From: Saprospiraceae bacterium
GTDB taxonomy: Bacteria; Bacteroidota; Bacteroidia; Chitinophagales; Saprospiraceae
Assembly (NCBI GenBank): GCA_020848695.1
Contig: JADLHT010000061.1
Location: 35,788-99,787, forward strand
Direction of reading: 5' to 3'
DNA length: 64,000 nt
Both the position numbers and the translations under genes were made by a program. Positions 8,307 through 18,473 of the stretch are shown here, piece after piece (positions within the stretch are counted from its first letter, which is position 1; every line of letters begins with the position of its first letter). The notes below the pieces were generated by a model, which was not told the DNA's origin, did no database searches, and saw only the letters and a program-made list of their open reading frames with translations.

Positions 8307-10448
8307 TTACTTAATGGTAAATCCTGCCGGCCAGTTTTTTGAAGGAGCTACAAAAGTTAATTTTCCGTTTTCATCTTCAGCCATCAGAATCATTCCTTTG
8401 GATTCAACTCCTCGTATTACTCTAGGAGCTAAATTTGCCAAAAGTGAAACTTCCTGACCAATAATATGGTCAGGTTCGAAGTGCTCTGCAATACCGGATA
8501 CAACAATGCGTGTTTCATACCCAAGATCAAGTTGAAGTTTCAACAGTTTGTCTGCTTTAGGAATTCTTTCTGCGGACAAAATTCTGGCTGTTCGAATATC
8601 CATTTTTGAAAATTCATCATAACTGATTTCTTCTTTAGGAGTTGGGTAATTCATGGACATCGATTTTACTTGACTCAACTTATTATTTTCCAATTTATTA
8701 ATTTGCTGTTCTATGAGATTGTCATCCATTTTGGTATAAACATATGAAGCTTCATTTAACTGGTGACCAGATTCTAACAATAATTCACCTTCTGCAAGCT
8801 GATCAAGCATTTTTACCAATTCTCCGGATTCATTGATCTCCGGAAGATTTAATAGTCTCCTGATCTTCCTAGAAGCATCCGGTAAAAATGAATGAATAGC
8901 AACACTGATAGCTGTTACATAATGAAGACAAAGATTAATAACAACTTGTACAGCATCAGGATCTTCTTTAATTATTTTCCAGGGTTCATTCTTTTGTAAC
9001 AATAAATTTCCGGAGGTAGAAATATCCATTAAGGTCTTCAATCCAGTGCGAAAATCAAAACTTCTCAAAGAATCACACATCACATGCAATTGATCAAATA
9101 AATAAATACACTCACTATCATGGAAACCTCCAAGATCAGAATCTTCAACACTATTGATTGGTACATCAGGATCAAAAGAGGGAACCTGTCCTTGATAAAA
9201 CTTATGTGTCAAAACCAATACTCTGTGAATGAAATTTGAAAGATTATTTACCAACTCACTATTATATGCATCTTGAAAACCCTTCCAGGTAAATTCGCTG
9301 TCTTTTTGCTCAGGCATATTTTTAATCAGATAATAGCGAAGAGCATCTTCATAGCCCGGTAATTCTTCCAGGTATTCATGAACCCATACAGCCCAATTCC
9401 TAGATGTTGAGATTTTATCTCCTTCAAGATTCATAAATTGATTTGCCGGTACAATATGTGGAAGAATATAAGTTCCATGAGCTTTTAAAATTGCCGGAAA
9501 AATCACACAGTGAAAAACGATATTATCCTTGCCAATAAAATGTATGAGTTGGCTGTCTTCGCTTTGCCAATATTCTTTCCAATTCTTATTGTTTTTATTC
9601 GCCCATTCTTTAGTAGAACTTATATAACCGATTGGAGCATCCAGCCAGACATATAGCTTCTTCCCTTTACTTCCGGGAATGTCTTGCGGAACGTCAACAC
9701 CCCAATCCAGATCTCTGGTCATTGCTCTTGCTTGTAATCCATTGTCAATCCAAGATTTGCATTGACCTAAGACATGATTTTTCCACAATTCAGGATCATG
9801 ATGTTCCTTTCCTTCTATTTGACCTTTAAATAAATAATTTGACAACCAGGATGCATGTTGGTCTAATGGAAAATACCAGTGGCGCGTGGATTTAAGAACC
9901 GGAGACTCACCACTAAGTACAGATCTCGGTTGAATGAGATCTGTAGGATTCAGTGAGCTTCCACATTTTTCACACTGATCGCCATAGGCAGATTCATAAC
10001 CGCATTTGGGACAGGTTCCAATAATATACCGATCAGCAAGGAATTGATTGTATTTCTCATCAAAATACTGATTACTTTCGATCTCAATAAATTGATTGTT
10101 ATTGTAAAGATTTCTAAATATTTCCTGAGAGGTCTGATGATGTTCTACAGAGGAAGTTCGATCATAATGATCGAAAGATATTTCGATTTTTTTAAAGGTG
10201 TCAACAAATTGTGCATGATACTTGTCAATAATCTGTTGAGGACTGAGATTTTCTTTCATGGCTCTCATGGTTATTGCAGCTCCATGTTCATCAGAACCAC
10301 AGATAAAGATTACATCTTTATCCATCAGTCGTAGAAATCTTACATAAATATCAGCTGGAAGATAGGCTCCGGTCAAATGCCCAATATGTAAGGGTCCATT
10401 TGCATATGGAAGCGCTGCTGTAACCAAGTGGCGATTAAATTCCTTCAT
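8307..10448 (-). CDS. metG: Methionine--tRNA ligase with C-terminal tRNA-binding domain
   Basis: It has the HIGH motif 'PLHIGHL', the Zn knuckle 'CPKCGYES...CEKCGSSL', the KMSKS variant 'KISTSRN' and a C-terminal Trbp111-like 'DIRTARILSAERIPKADKLLKLQLDLG'. Confidence 0.95.
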   Translation of the reverse strand: MKEFNRHLVTAALPYANGPLHIGHLTGAYLPADIYVRFLRLMDKDVIFICGSDEHGAAITMRAMKENLSPQQIIDKYHAQFVDTFKKIEISFDHYDRTSSVEHHQTSQEIFRNLYNNNQFIEIESNQYFDEKYNQFLADRYIIGTCPKCGYESAYGDQCEKCGSSLNPTDLIQPRSVLSGESPVLKSTRHWYFPLDQHASWLSNYLFKGQIEGKEHHDPELWKNHVLGQCKSWIDNGLQARAMTRDLDWGVDVPQDIPGSKGKKLYVWLDAPIGYISSTKEWANKNNKNWKEYWQSEDSQLIHFIGKDNIVFHCVIFPAILKAHGTYILPHIVPANQFMNLEGDKISTSRNWAVWVHEYLEELPGYEDALRYYLIKNMPEQKDSEFTWKGFQDAYNSELVNNLSNFIHRVLVLTHKFYQGQVPSFDPDVPINSVEDSDLGGFHDSECIYLFDQLHVMCDSLRSFDFRTGLKTLMDISTSGNLLLQKNEPWKIIKEDPDAVQVVINLCLHYVTAISVAIHSFLPDASRKIRRLLNLPEINESGELVKMLDQLAEGELLLESGHQLNEASYVYTKMDDNLIEQQINKLENNKLSQVKSMSMNYPTPKEEISYDEFSKMDIRTARILSAERIPKADKLLKLQLDLGYETRIVVSGIAEHFEPDHIIGQEVSLLANLAPRVIRGVESKGMILMAEDENGKLTFVAPSKNWPAGFTIK

Positions 10449-10556
10449 GAATTAAATGACACGCGAAGATAAGTTCCTAAAATGGATTAAAAATAATTAT
10501 ATATATATAAAATAAATATTAATATCTATTGAATCCATTCCGGGAGAAGAAATACA

Positions 10557-11672
10557 TTATTCTTTGAAAAACGGAATGTTTTTTAACAATTGCTGCGATT
10601 GGAGTTTAATAAAATATAATCCACGCTGTAGCTGATCAATTCTAAGTTGCCCGGATTGTATATTTGCCAGACTAAGAATTCGCCTCCCTTCCAAATTAAT
10701 AATTTCTAAAAGGTCTATTGGTTCATCTCCAAGTTCAATGAAGTCTCTTAAATATAAAATACCAGATTTTTTACTCGCATTTAAATTGTTTAAAGACAAA
10801 ACGGATTCCAGATTTACTCGATATAATCTTCCTCCATTTCGTATCATTGAATTATACTCATCAGTGATAAAAATTGTTTTTGAAGCCATATAGCTAACCC
10901 CTTCTTTTTGACTAAAATGACCTAGAGATATTCTTTTGACAGGTGAAGAGAATAATTTTTCTTTATTTAAAGGATGGAACAACCAAATCTTATCGTGAGT
11001 CAAAAGGCAAAGCTGATCAAAGTCTGGACTGATTGCAGCCCCTGTAATCCAAAAAAATAAGCTTGGTCCTGAACCAGTATAAAAACTATCTATGCGAGAA
11101 GCCGCATAACTTCCTGCTGAATCAGGTATCCGGTATTGGTAAGTATAACCCGAAAAAGGATTCGTTCTGTTTTTTGAAAATAGATAAATATTGTGATTAA
11201 GCCAAATCATAGCTTCCATATCATAATTCTTATTGATGTCCTCAGGAGGAAACTCAGTCTGATCCGAATAATGAAAGTCAATAATTTCTGGACTAACCTC
11301 ATCTGAATTCTTGTAATCGGATTTTTTGATCTTGTATATTCTTTGATCTTTACGATTGTTGCTGTTGTTTCCAAAATCTCCTATATAAAGATTACCCTCG
11401 GAATCAAGTGTAATTTCTTCCCAGTCAATATTAGCAGCATTTTTTATTATAAGAGTGCGTAGTATCTGACAAGTCGTATCGATTTCGTACAATTTAGGTT
11501 GTCCATCACTATCCACTATTGTCCAAAAACTTTGACTTGAATTATCATAGACTAGTCCAGAACTTTCGTGAAGCTTTTCATCCAATTTACACAATTCAGT
11601 AAGGGATACTTGTGCTTTAGTTTCCAGGCTATATATGAACAGGATGAAAAGCAAGAGTTTATTTTTGAACAT
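10557..11672 (-). CDS. Secreted beta-propeller-like protein with T9SS C-terminal sorting domain
   Basis: The signal peptide is 'MFKNKLLLFILFIYSLETKAQ', starting at a verified ATG at 11672. 'ESSGLVYD', 'DWEEITLDSEGNLYIGDFGNNSNNR' and the CTD-like end 'LYFIKLQS...' are present. The longer track ORF starts at a TTG. Confidence 0.6.
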   Translation of the reverse strand: MFKNKLLLFILFIYSLETKAQVSLTELCKLDEKLHESSGLVYDNSSQSFWTIVDSDGQPKLYEIDTTCQILRTLIIKNAANIDWEEITLDSEGNLYIGDFGNNSNNRKDQRIYKIKKSDYKNSDEVSPEIIDFHYSDQTEFPPEDINKNYDMEAMIWLNHNIYLFSKNRTNPFSGYTYQYRIPDSAGSYAASRIDSFYTGSGPSLFFWITGAAISPDFDQLCLLTHDKIWLFHPLNKEKLFSSPVKRISLGHFSQKEGVSYMASKTIFITDEYNSMIRNGGRLYRVNLESVLSLNNLNASKKSGILYLRDFIELGDEPIDLLEIINLEGRRILSLANIQSGQLRIDQLQRGLYFIKLQSQQLLKNIPFFKE

Positions 11673-12285
11673 AAATAATGTATTTCTGCTTAAAAAATTC
11701 TTCTTCAAATTGATCAAAGATTTTCCAGATTTCGTAAGGATTCGATTTTTTTAATTGCAAAAGCTCTTCTCTTAAATCTCCTCCTTTATAGGCAAAAATT
11801 CCGTTTGGTAGTGCGTTTATTTCGTGTTTATCAAAAGAATTTCTTGTCCATTGTATTAGTTCATTAAACTGAGAGACGGCCCTTGAAACTACAAAATGGA
11901 ATTTTTCTTTATGTTCCTCTGCCCTTTTATGATATGCCCTTACATTCTTCAATTCTAATTCATTTATAATTTCATTGACAACCTTAATTTTTTTTCCAAT
12001 TGAATCAATGAGAACAAATTCAACTTTTGGAAAATAAATTGCCAGGGGTATTCCTGGAAATCCTCCTCCACAACCTAGATCCATAACTTTTGTATCCGGC
12101 TTAAAATTAAAAAATCGCGTTAAACTTAAGGAATGAATAATGTGATGAAGGTAAAACTGATCAATGTCTTTTCTTGATATTACGTTAATTTGTGCATTCC
12201 AGAATTCGTATAACGGTTTTAATTCTGTAAAAAGTTTCTTTTGATCGTCTGAAAGTTTGTTAAAGTATTTGAGTACTTGTTCCAT
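11659..12285 (-). CDS. rsmG: 16S rRNA (guanine527-N7)-methyltransferase
   Basis: 'VMDLGCGGGFPGIPLAI' and 'SRAV' are present and the length is typical of RsmG. The ATG at 12285 overlaps the TAA of the upstream gene (TAATG). Confidence 0.9.
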   Translation of the reverse strand: MEQVLKYFNKLSDDQKKLFTELKPLYEFWNAQINVISRKDIDQFYLHHIIHSLSLTRFFNFKPDTKVMDLGCGGGFPGIPLAIYFPKVEFVLIDSIGKKIKVVNEIINELELKNVRAYHKRAEEHKEKFHFVVSRAVSQFNELIQWTRNSFDKHEINALPNGIFAYKGGDLREELLQLKKSNPYEIWKIFDQFEEEFFKQKYIIYVQK

Positions 12286-13379
12286 TACCAATCTCTTTTA
12301 GGAATAAATAAAAATGGGGCTTGAGCAACAAGAAAGAGTAGATATAATAAATGAAAGAAAGGAATATAAAATACATTTATTTTTTCTTTAAGGAGTTTTG
12401 CGTTTCTGATTAAAAAGTAACTACTGATAAACAAATAAGAAATAATACAAAAAATCGGGAAGACAATGCTGTGATGAAACAATAAATAAATACTTAGAGC
12501 AAAAATAGAAAAATAGCTGAAGAAATGCAAGAGTAAGAACATTTGGTCCTTGAATTGGTAATATTGAGCGCTGGAATAGTGTCTTCTTCTTTGTTGAAAA
12601 TATTGACTTAGGGTTGCTTTAGGTTCAGTATATACAAATGAGGACGGATCAATAGAGACAATGGTATTTATCCGGTTACTTTTATTGTTGATTAAAATGT
12701 CATCATCACCTGAAGGATGGGACGGAATGCTTTCCTGAATATTAAATATCCTCTTTTGATATAATAAGTTTCTCCCTACACCCATATAAGGAAATTTACT
12801 ATTTGCCATGCCAAGGTATTGAGAGGTATTCAACAGGGTTTCAAATTGAATAAATTCATGTACCCACGTACCTTTAGTCTTGTAAGGAGAAACACCAAGA
12901 ACAATTTCTGTAGAAGGATTGATGTTCTCTACCATTTTTTGAATCCAATATTGTGATGACGGTGAACAATCCGCATCAGTCAACAGAACCCAGTCGTATT
13001 TTGCCCGCTGAATTCCTTCATGTAAGGCCAATTTTTTTCCTAATGAGCTTTTATTGTGTTCGATATACACGAATCGACTATTACTATCTTGCTGAAACTC
13101 CAATATAAGCTCAGCCAGCCCTTTTATAGGTCCATCGTTTACGATTATAATTTCAAAATCCGAATAAATTTGATCTGCAATCCTTTTGAAGTTCACTTGC
13201 AAGGCATTTGACCATTCATGAACAACAATGATGATCGAGATCGGTAAACTTTGATTTTTAATAGTTTCTTCCGAATCAGATGCTCTTAGTTTCGAGTAAA
13301 TAAATCCCCAAAAGAGACATTGGATTAAAGTACATATGAGTAGGTTGACCTGTAAGATAAAAGTTAACAAATTTTCCAA
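12285..13379 (-). CDS. Membrane-bound glycosyltransferase family 2 protein
   Basis: It has a GT-A core 'ISIIIVVHEW...', 'IIIVNDGP' and 'LLTDADC' (DxD). There is an N-terminal TM segment and several C-terminal TM segments. The start codon is a TTG at 13379. Confidence 0.7.
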   Translation of the reverse strand: MENLLTFILQVNLLICTLIQCLFWGFIYSKLRASDSEETIKNQSLPISIIIVVHEWSNALQVNFKRIADQIYSDFEIIIVNDGPIKGLAELILEFQQDSNSRFVYIEHNKSSLGKKLALHEGIQRAKYDWVLLTDADCSPSSQYWIQKMVENINPSTEIVLGVSPYKTKGTWVHEFIQFETLLNTSQYLGMANSKFPYMGVGRNLLYQKRIFNIQESIPSHPSGDDDILINNKSNRINTIVSIDPSSFVYTEPKATLSQYFQQRRRHYSSAQYYQFKDQMFLLLHFFSYFSIFALSIYLLFHHSIVFPIFCIISYLFISSYFLIRNAKLLKEKINVFYIPFFHLLYLLFLVAQAPFLFIPKRDW

Positions 13380-13425
13380 TTATATAATTTATACTGAAAA
13401 TATTAAATATTACAAATAAATGTAA

Positions 13426-13433
13426 TATGTTTG
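13426..13433 (+). promoter_or_regulatory. Bacteroidota -7 promoter motif TATGTTTG upstream of the PorU-like gene
   Basis: It matches TAnnTTTG, 22 nt upstream of the ATG at 13456. Confidence 0.35.
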
Positions 13434-13455
13434 CATTTCTAAATGGTTTCCTGAT

Positions 13456-16400
13456 ATGAAATACTACTCAATAATAGCACTTTTGCTTATCCTCAGCAAT
13501 ACCTCATTAAGTGCTCAAATGTACTTTAATGGTCAGCAATTGTATGGCAATGAATGGATAAAAACCAATCAAAGCTATTATAAGTTTTACATCACTGAAG
13601 ATGGATTCTACCGAATTGACTATCAGGATCTTGTGAATGCAGGGATTCCGCTTCAGAACATTTTAACCAGGAGCATCAGGCTTTTTAAAAATGGTTCAGA
13701 AATTGCCCTCAGAACTAGCTCTAACTCTACGATGAACCCAGGTGATTTTATTGAATTTTATGCTACGCACAACAGAGGAGAATTAGATCAGGCATTATTT
13801 AAGCCAAACACAGCTTTATTTAACAAAGAGTTTAGCATGTTTGACGATAAGTCTGCCTATTATCTAACCTGGGATAATACATCAGACGGATTGCGAATGA
13901 CTGAAAAGAACAATGATACTTCAAATCCAATCCGCAAAGAGGATAGTTATATAAAAAAAAGCATTTATTTCTACAGTGAGTATGCCACCAAAAGAGCATA
14001 TGGTTATCAAGGTTCCTTAAAGTTGCCCGACTTTGATGAAGGTCAGGGATTTGGAACAGGTCCCTCTAATGATAGAACATTCTCTCTTTCCTTTAAAAAT
14101 ATTTATAAACAAGGAAATGATGCCGAAATTAAAGTTACTTACTTTTCAATTGGTGCTGAAGATCGCACGGTACATAAAGTCAATTTTTTCATTGATAATG
14201 AAGTAAAAGCCAATTCACAATTTAATGGATTTAAAGTTAACGAACAAGTTTTAAATATATCTGCAGAGAGCTTGAACGAGAACCATTCACTTCGCGTGCA
14301 ATCTTTCGCAAGCGGTGATGATAAATTTAGCTTATCCACTATTGAGCTACGATACGAGTCCATGTATGAGTTTAATAATGAAACTTACGCACAATTGACT
14401 GTTTTGCCATCTTTAACCAGGAAGACCATCGTTATAGAAAAATTTAATGGAGGCGCTGATCTCTGGTTGTATGATCTTACCAATAATTATTATCTTAAAT
14501 CTCAAAAAAATTCAGACGATACTTATATGGTTGATTTACCGCCTTCGGACTTTGAGAGGGAAATTATCATACTTAATCCTTCAGTTTCATATAAGAATAT
14601 ATCAAAGATTGAAGAAGTAAAGATGGTAGAGTTTGAAAAGGGAGATTATAATTATCTTATGGTAACTTCAAAAAGATTGGTTGATCCTAACAATGACGCC
14701 ATATCAGAATATAAATCGTACAGAGAAAGTAAGGAAGGTGGAGCCTACAAAGTTAAACTTGTCTATATCGAAGATCTGGAAGAGCAGTTTGCTTACGGGA
14801 TCAGAGCACACAACATAACACTTAGAAATTTTTTCCAATTCACAAGGACAATCTGGCCAAATATGCATTACGTAGTGATAATCGGCAAGGGGCTCGAATA
14901 TCAGGTATATAGAAACAGTTCCATGAGATTTAATGAATATGATTTTGTTCATACTTATAGTGAGCCGGCTTCAGATTATATGTTGGTATGTGACAATAAT
15001 AGAGTTCCATTTTACACTCTTGGGAGAATTCCAATCGTACATAATGCAGAATTAAGAGACTATCTCAATAAGGTAAAAGAACATGAGAATGTTATCAGCG
15101 GAACACAACATGAAATTGCTAACCGTGAATGGTTAAAAAAGGTAATTCATCTATCTGGGGGTGATCCAAAGCTATATAGCACCTTGAGATCACAACTAAA
15201 AGGAATGGAAGATGAAATTGAAAACAATAAATTTGGAGCTGAAGTAGAAACATTTTATAAAGAAAGTACAAGCTCAACAGAAGTTATAACTTCTGAAAAA
15301 CTCCAGAATCTGATCAATACAGGAGTTTCTATTATTTCATTTCTAGGACACTCCATCTCTTATAAATTGGATTTTAGTCTGGAAAGTGTAAATGATTACA
15401 AGAACAAAGGAAAATATCACGCCTTTGTCGCTTTGGGATGTTATGCGGGACAGATGTTCTTAAACAATAAGAGTATAAGCGAAACGCAAAACTTAACTGC
15501 AGAGAAAGGTTCGGTACTATACATTTCCAATACTAATGCCGGACTTCCGGGATTATTGTATGAGTTTGGTACAAATTTCTATTCGCAACTAGGAGGTGAT
15601 TATTACAATGAACCTGTTGGCGATGCAGTAAGGGCAGTTTTTAGTAATCTTATATCAAGAAATCAGGAAAGCCTGATATCTCAGGCCTTGTCAATTAGCT
15701 TTAATGGAGATCCTGCTTTAAGATTAAACAACAATAAAGAGATAGATATTACACCCGATGGAAATACAGCAAAGCATCTTGACAAATATGTTTTTGCAGA
15801 TCAAAAACAGTTCAAGTTTAGTGTCGATTTAGTCAACTTGGGTAAGGCTTATTCAGATAGTGTAAAAATAAAATTAGAGAATGTATATCCTAATGGAACC
15901 CGTTTAGAAGTGTTTAATGGAAATGTTGTGCTTCCGGTTAACCGAACTAATTTTCAGTTTACTGTTCCTCTAGACGAAAACAGATCTACAGGTTCCAATA
16001 CCTTATTGCTTACTGTGGACCCGGACAACAAATTGATTGAAGGGCCACAACCCATAGCCGAAAACAACAATTCCTTAATAACCGGAAATAATCAGACGGG
16101 ATTTAGTTATATTGTAATCGGTAACAATGCAAGAATTTTGTATCCAACAGAGTTTGCAATTATTAATGAATCTAAACCTAAACTAGTAGCTTATAATGGG
16201 TTTTTATTTGGCAGGTCAAAGTATTTTATGGAATTGGATACTACAGAACATTTTAACAGCCCTTTGAAAAGATCAACAGAATTTAATCAGTTGGGCGGTG
16301 TTATCTCCTGGAGTCTAACAGAAGAATTAATTCCAGACCTTGTGTATTATTGGAGAGTAAGACCTGATAGCACAGGTTCTAATATACTTGCATGGAAGAA

Positions 16401-18465
16401 TAGTTCATTTGTATATATTCCGGGAAATGAAATTGGATGGAATCAATCCCATTTCTTCCAATATACTAAAGATAAGTTTAATCAATTAGCTATTAAAGAA
16501 GACCAAAGATATTTTGAATTTGGAAATTCAATACTTGAGTGTAGGCTATTCAATGGATATATCACACCGAGAAGCACTAATTATTTCAGACCCAAAATTG
16601 TATTGGGTTCAGATGTAAAAGCACAATATGATTATTGGGATTACCCTTCAGATGTTTCCGGTGTAGTTGTAGCATTTGTTGATCCGGTTTCTGGAAATCT
16701 GGTTAAAAATATAACGGGCTCAGATAAGAACAGTCGGGGCGGATCAAGAATGGCTAATCAGCCTTACTTTCTATTTTCAACTGAAAACAAAGAAGAAAGA
16801 GCTAAGCTTCTTGGCTTTTTAAAGTCAGAAATTCCTGATCAGAGCGTTGTGTTTTTTCAAACGTTGGTGCAAGAACCTTATTCTCTTAATTTGGCAGAAT
16901 GGAAATCAGATGGAACTGAAAACCTAATTGATTTCTTGAAATCAAAAGGAGCAGGGAGTATTGATCAATTGGTTGCACAAGGGAATCTTCCATATAATTT
17001 AATTTATGGTCAAAACAGGCAGGGCTATGAGACAAGAGATAGAATTGGAGATACTCTGATTGAATTGAACTTAGCTCATTCTCTAACTGTCAAATTAGAT
17101 AGAGGAAGTCTTGAATCAGCTCATATTGGACCCGCAAGCTCATATAACAAAATGCTTTGGAATTATGATTTATTTGATCCAAATACAGATACAATAAGTG
17201 TTGATATACTGGGTATTGATGTGACGGGCAAAGAAGAATTAATATTGGGATCACAAAAGGCCAGTTCTATTGACTTGCAATTTGTTGATGCCAAGAAGTA
17301 CCCATATTTAAAATTGAGATGGAACTCAAAAGATCAATTCAAAAAATCATCGGCAAATCTTGACTATTGGAGAATCTATTATACTTCCGGACCAGATATT
17401 GCTTTTAATCCTGCACTATATTACAAAAAAAACGCAGACACTGTACAACAGGGAAAAATGTTCAGCGTGGACATTACAGCACAAAACATCAGTACCTATG
17501 ACATGGATAGTCTTTTGGTTAAATTCACATTAATTGATGTAAAAAACAAGCGCGTTGAATTTGAAAATCGATATATACCCGTAAAAGCATTTCAAGAATT
17601 GACTTTCAATTATCAGAAAAGAACTCTCTTGCAATTGGGTGCATATAAACTAATTGTAGAGTTGAATCCTAATCAGGATCAATCAGAGTTTAATACTTTT
17701 AATAATACTGCAATCATAGATTACTATGTACTAAGAGATATCAAGAAACCTTATGTCAGAGTTTCATTTGATGGCGTAAGCATTCGAAATGGTGATATTG
17801 TTTCACCTTCCAGCAGAATAGTAGTATTGTTACAGGATGAAGACAATAGTATTCCGATGGATAATCCGGATCGCTTCAAAATTAAGTTAGAATATCCAGA
17901 TGGAAACTTAATAAGTTTGGATCCTTCAATTCAGTCAAATGTTCGATTTATTCCTGCTGATACCGGGACCTCAAAAAATGAAGCAAGCATGATTATTGAT
18001 GGAGGATTAATTCAGGATGGTGACTACAAATTATTTGTCAGAGGAAGTGATGGTAATGGAAATTTTACTTCGGAAACTGATGAGGTCATTGAATTTAAAG
18101 TCGTTAAGGAGAGCAGCATATCCAATGTATTCAATTATCCTAATCCATTTAGTAGCAAAACAAGATTTGTATATACGTTAACTGGATCGAAGTTGCCCGA
18201 ATTTTATAAAATACAGATCATGACCTTATCAGGGAAAGTTGTTCGCGAGTTGGATGAATCTGAATTGGGTATTTTGAAAATCGGTACGCATTTGACCGAA
18301 ATGGAATATGATGGAACTGATGAGTTTGGAGACAAACTGGCGAATGGTGTTTATTTGTACAAAGCTTTATTTAAAGATTCAGAAGGGAATAGTATTAAAA
18401 AGTTTGAAAATGGAACTGATTCCTTTTTTAAGAATAATTTAGGCAAAATGGTAATTGCCAGATAA
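13456..18465 (+). CDS. Peptidase C25 family, T9SS sortase PorU-like protein (very long 'PorU2'-type paralogue)
   Basis: It has a signal peptide and the C25 N-terminal pattern 'YYKFYITEDGFYRIDYQDLVNAGIP'. The putative dyad is His 'IISFLGHSISY' and Cys 'AFVALGCYAGQMF', and the domain ends with 'SFNGDPALRLN'. The C-terminal Ig/CTD-like region is 'NVFNYPNPFSSKTRFVY...GVYLYKALF'. Confidence 0.75.
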   Translation: MKYYSIIALLLILSNTSLSAQMYFNGQQLYGNEWIKTNQSYYKFYITEDGFYRIDYQDLVNAGIPLQNILTRSIRLFKNGSEIALRTSSNSTMNPGDFIEFYATHNRGELDQALFKPNTALFNKEFSMFDDKSAYYLTWDNTSDGLRMTEKNNDTSNPIRKEDSYIKKSIYFYSEYATKRAYGYQGSLKLPDFDEGQGFGTGPSNDRTFSLSFKNIYKQGNDAEIKVTYFSIGAEDRTVHKVNFFIDNEVKANSQFNGFKVNEQVLNISAESLNENHSLRVQSFASGDDKFSLSTIELRYESMYEFNNETYAQLTVLPSLTRKTIVIEKFNGGADLWLYDLTNNYYLKSQKNSDDTYMVDLPPSDFEREIIILNPSVSYKNISKIEEVKMVEFEKGDYNYLMVTSKRLVDPNNDAISEYKSYRESKEGGAYKVKLVYIEDLEEQFAYGIRAHNITLRNFFQFTRTIWPNMHYVVIIGKGLEYQVYRNSSMRFNEYDFVHTYSEPASDYMLVCDNNRVPFYTLGRIPIVHNAELRDYLNKVKEHENVISGTQHEIANREWLKKVIHLSGGDPKLYSTLRSQLKGMEDEIENNKFGAEVETFYKESTSSTEVITSEKLQNLINTGVSIISFLGHSISYKLDFSLESVNDYKNKGKYHAFVALGCYAGQMFLNNKSISETQNLTAEKGSVLYISNTNAGLPGLLYEFGTNFYSQLGGDYYNEPVGDAVRAVFSNLISRNQESLISQALSISFNGDPALRLNNNKEIDITPDGNTAKHLDKYVFADQKQFKFSVDLVNLGKAYSDSVKIKLENVYPNGTRLEVFNGNVVLPVNRTNFQFTVPLDENRSTGSNTLLLTVDPDNKLIEGPQPIAENNNSLITGNNQTGFSYIVIGNNARILYPTEFAIINESKPKLVAYNGFLFGRSKYFMELDTTEHFNSPLKRSTEFNQLGGVISWSLTEELIPDLVYYWRVRPDSTGSNILAWKNSSFVYIPGNEIGWNQSHFFQYTKDKFNQLAIKEDQRYFEFGNSILECRLFNGYITPRSTNYFRPKIVLGSDVKAQYDYWDYPSDVSGVVVAFVDPVSGNLVKNITGSDKNSRGGSRMANQPYFLFSTENKEERAKLLGFLKSEIPDQSVVFFQTLVQEPYSLNLAEWKSDGTENLIDFLKSKGAGSIDQLVAQGNLPYNLIYGQNRQGYETRDRIGDTLIELNLAHSLTVKLDRGSLESAHIGPASSYNKMLWNYDLFDPNTDTISVDILGIDVTGKEELILGSQKASSIDLQFVDAKKYPYLKLRWNSKDQFKKSSANLDYWRIYYTSGPDIAFNPALYYKKNADTVQQGKMFSVDITAQNISTYDMDSLLVKFTLIDVKNKRVEFENRYIPVKAFQELTFNYQKRTLLQLGAYKLIVELNPNQDQSEFNTFNNTAIIDYYVLRDIKKPYVRVSFDGVSIRNGDIVSPSSRIVVLLQDEDNSIPMDNPDRFKIKLEYPDGNLISLDPSIQSNVRFIPADTGTSKNEASMIIDGGLIQDGDYKLFVRGSDGNGNFTSETDEVIEFKVVKESSISNVFNYPNPFSSKTRFVYTLTGSKLPEFYKIQIMTLSGKVVRELDESELGILKIGTHLTEMEYDGTDEFGDKLANGVYLYKALFKDSEGNSIKKFENGTDSFFKNNLGKMVIAR

Positions 18466-18473
18466 AGATATTT

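Noticed and set aside
10498-10509. A (TA)6 microsatellite upstream of metG, with flanking 8-bp inverted repeats AATGGATT/AATCCATT.
   Set aside because: The repeat is short and sits in an AT-rich spacer. The stem is weak with a roughly 45-nt loop. There is no evidence for phase variation or a terminator.
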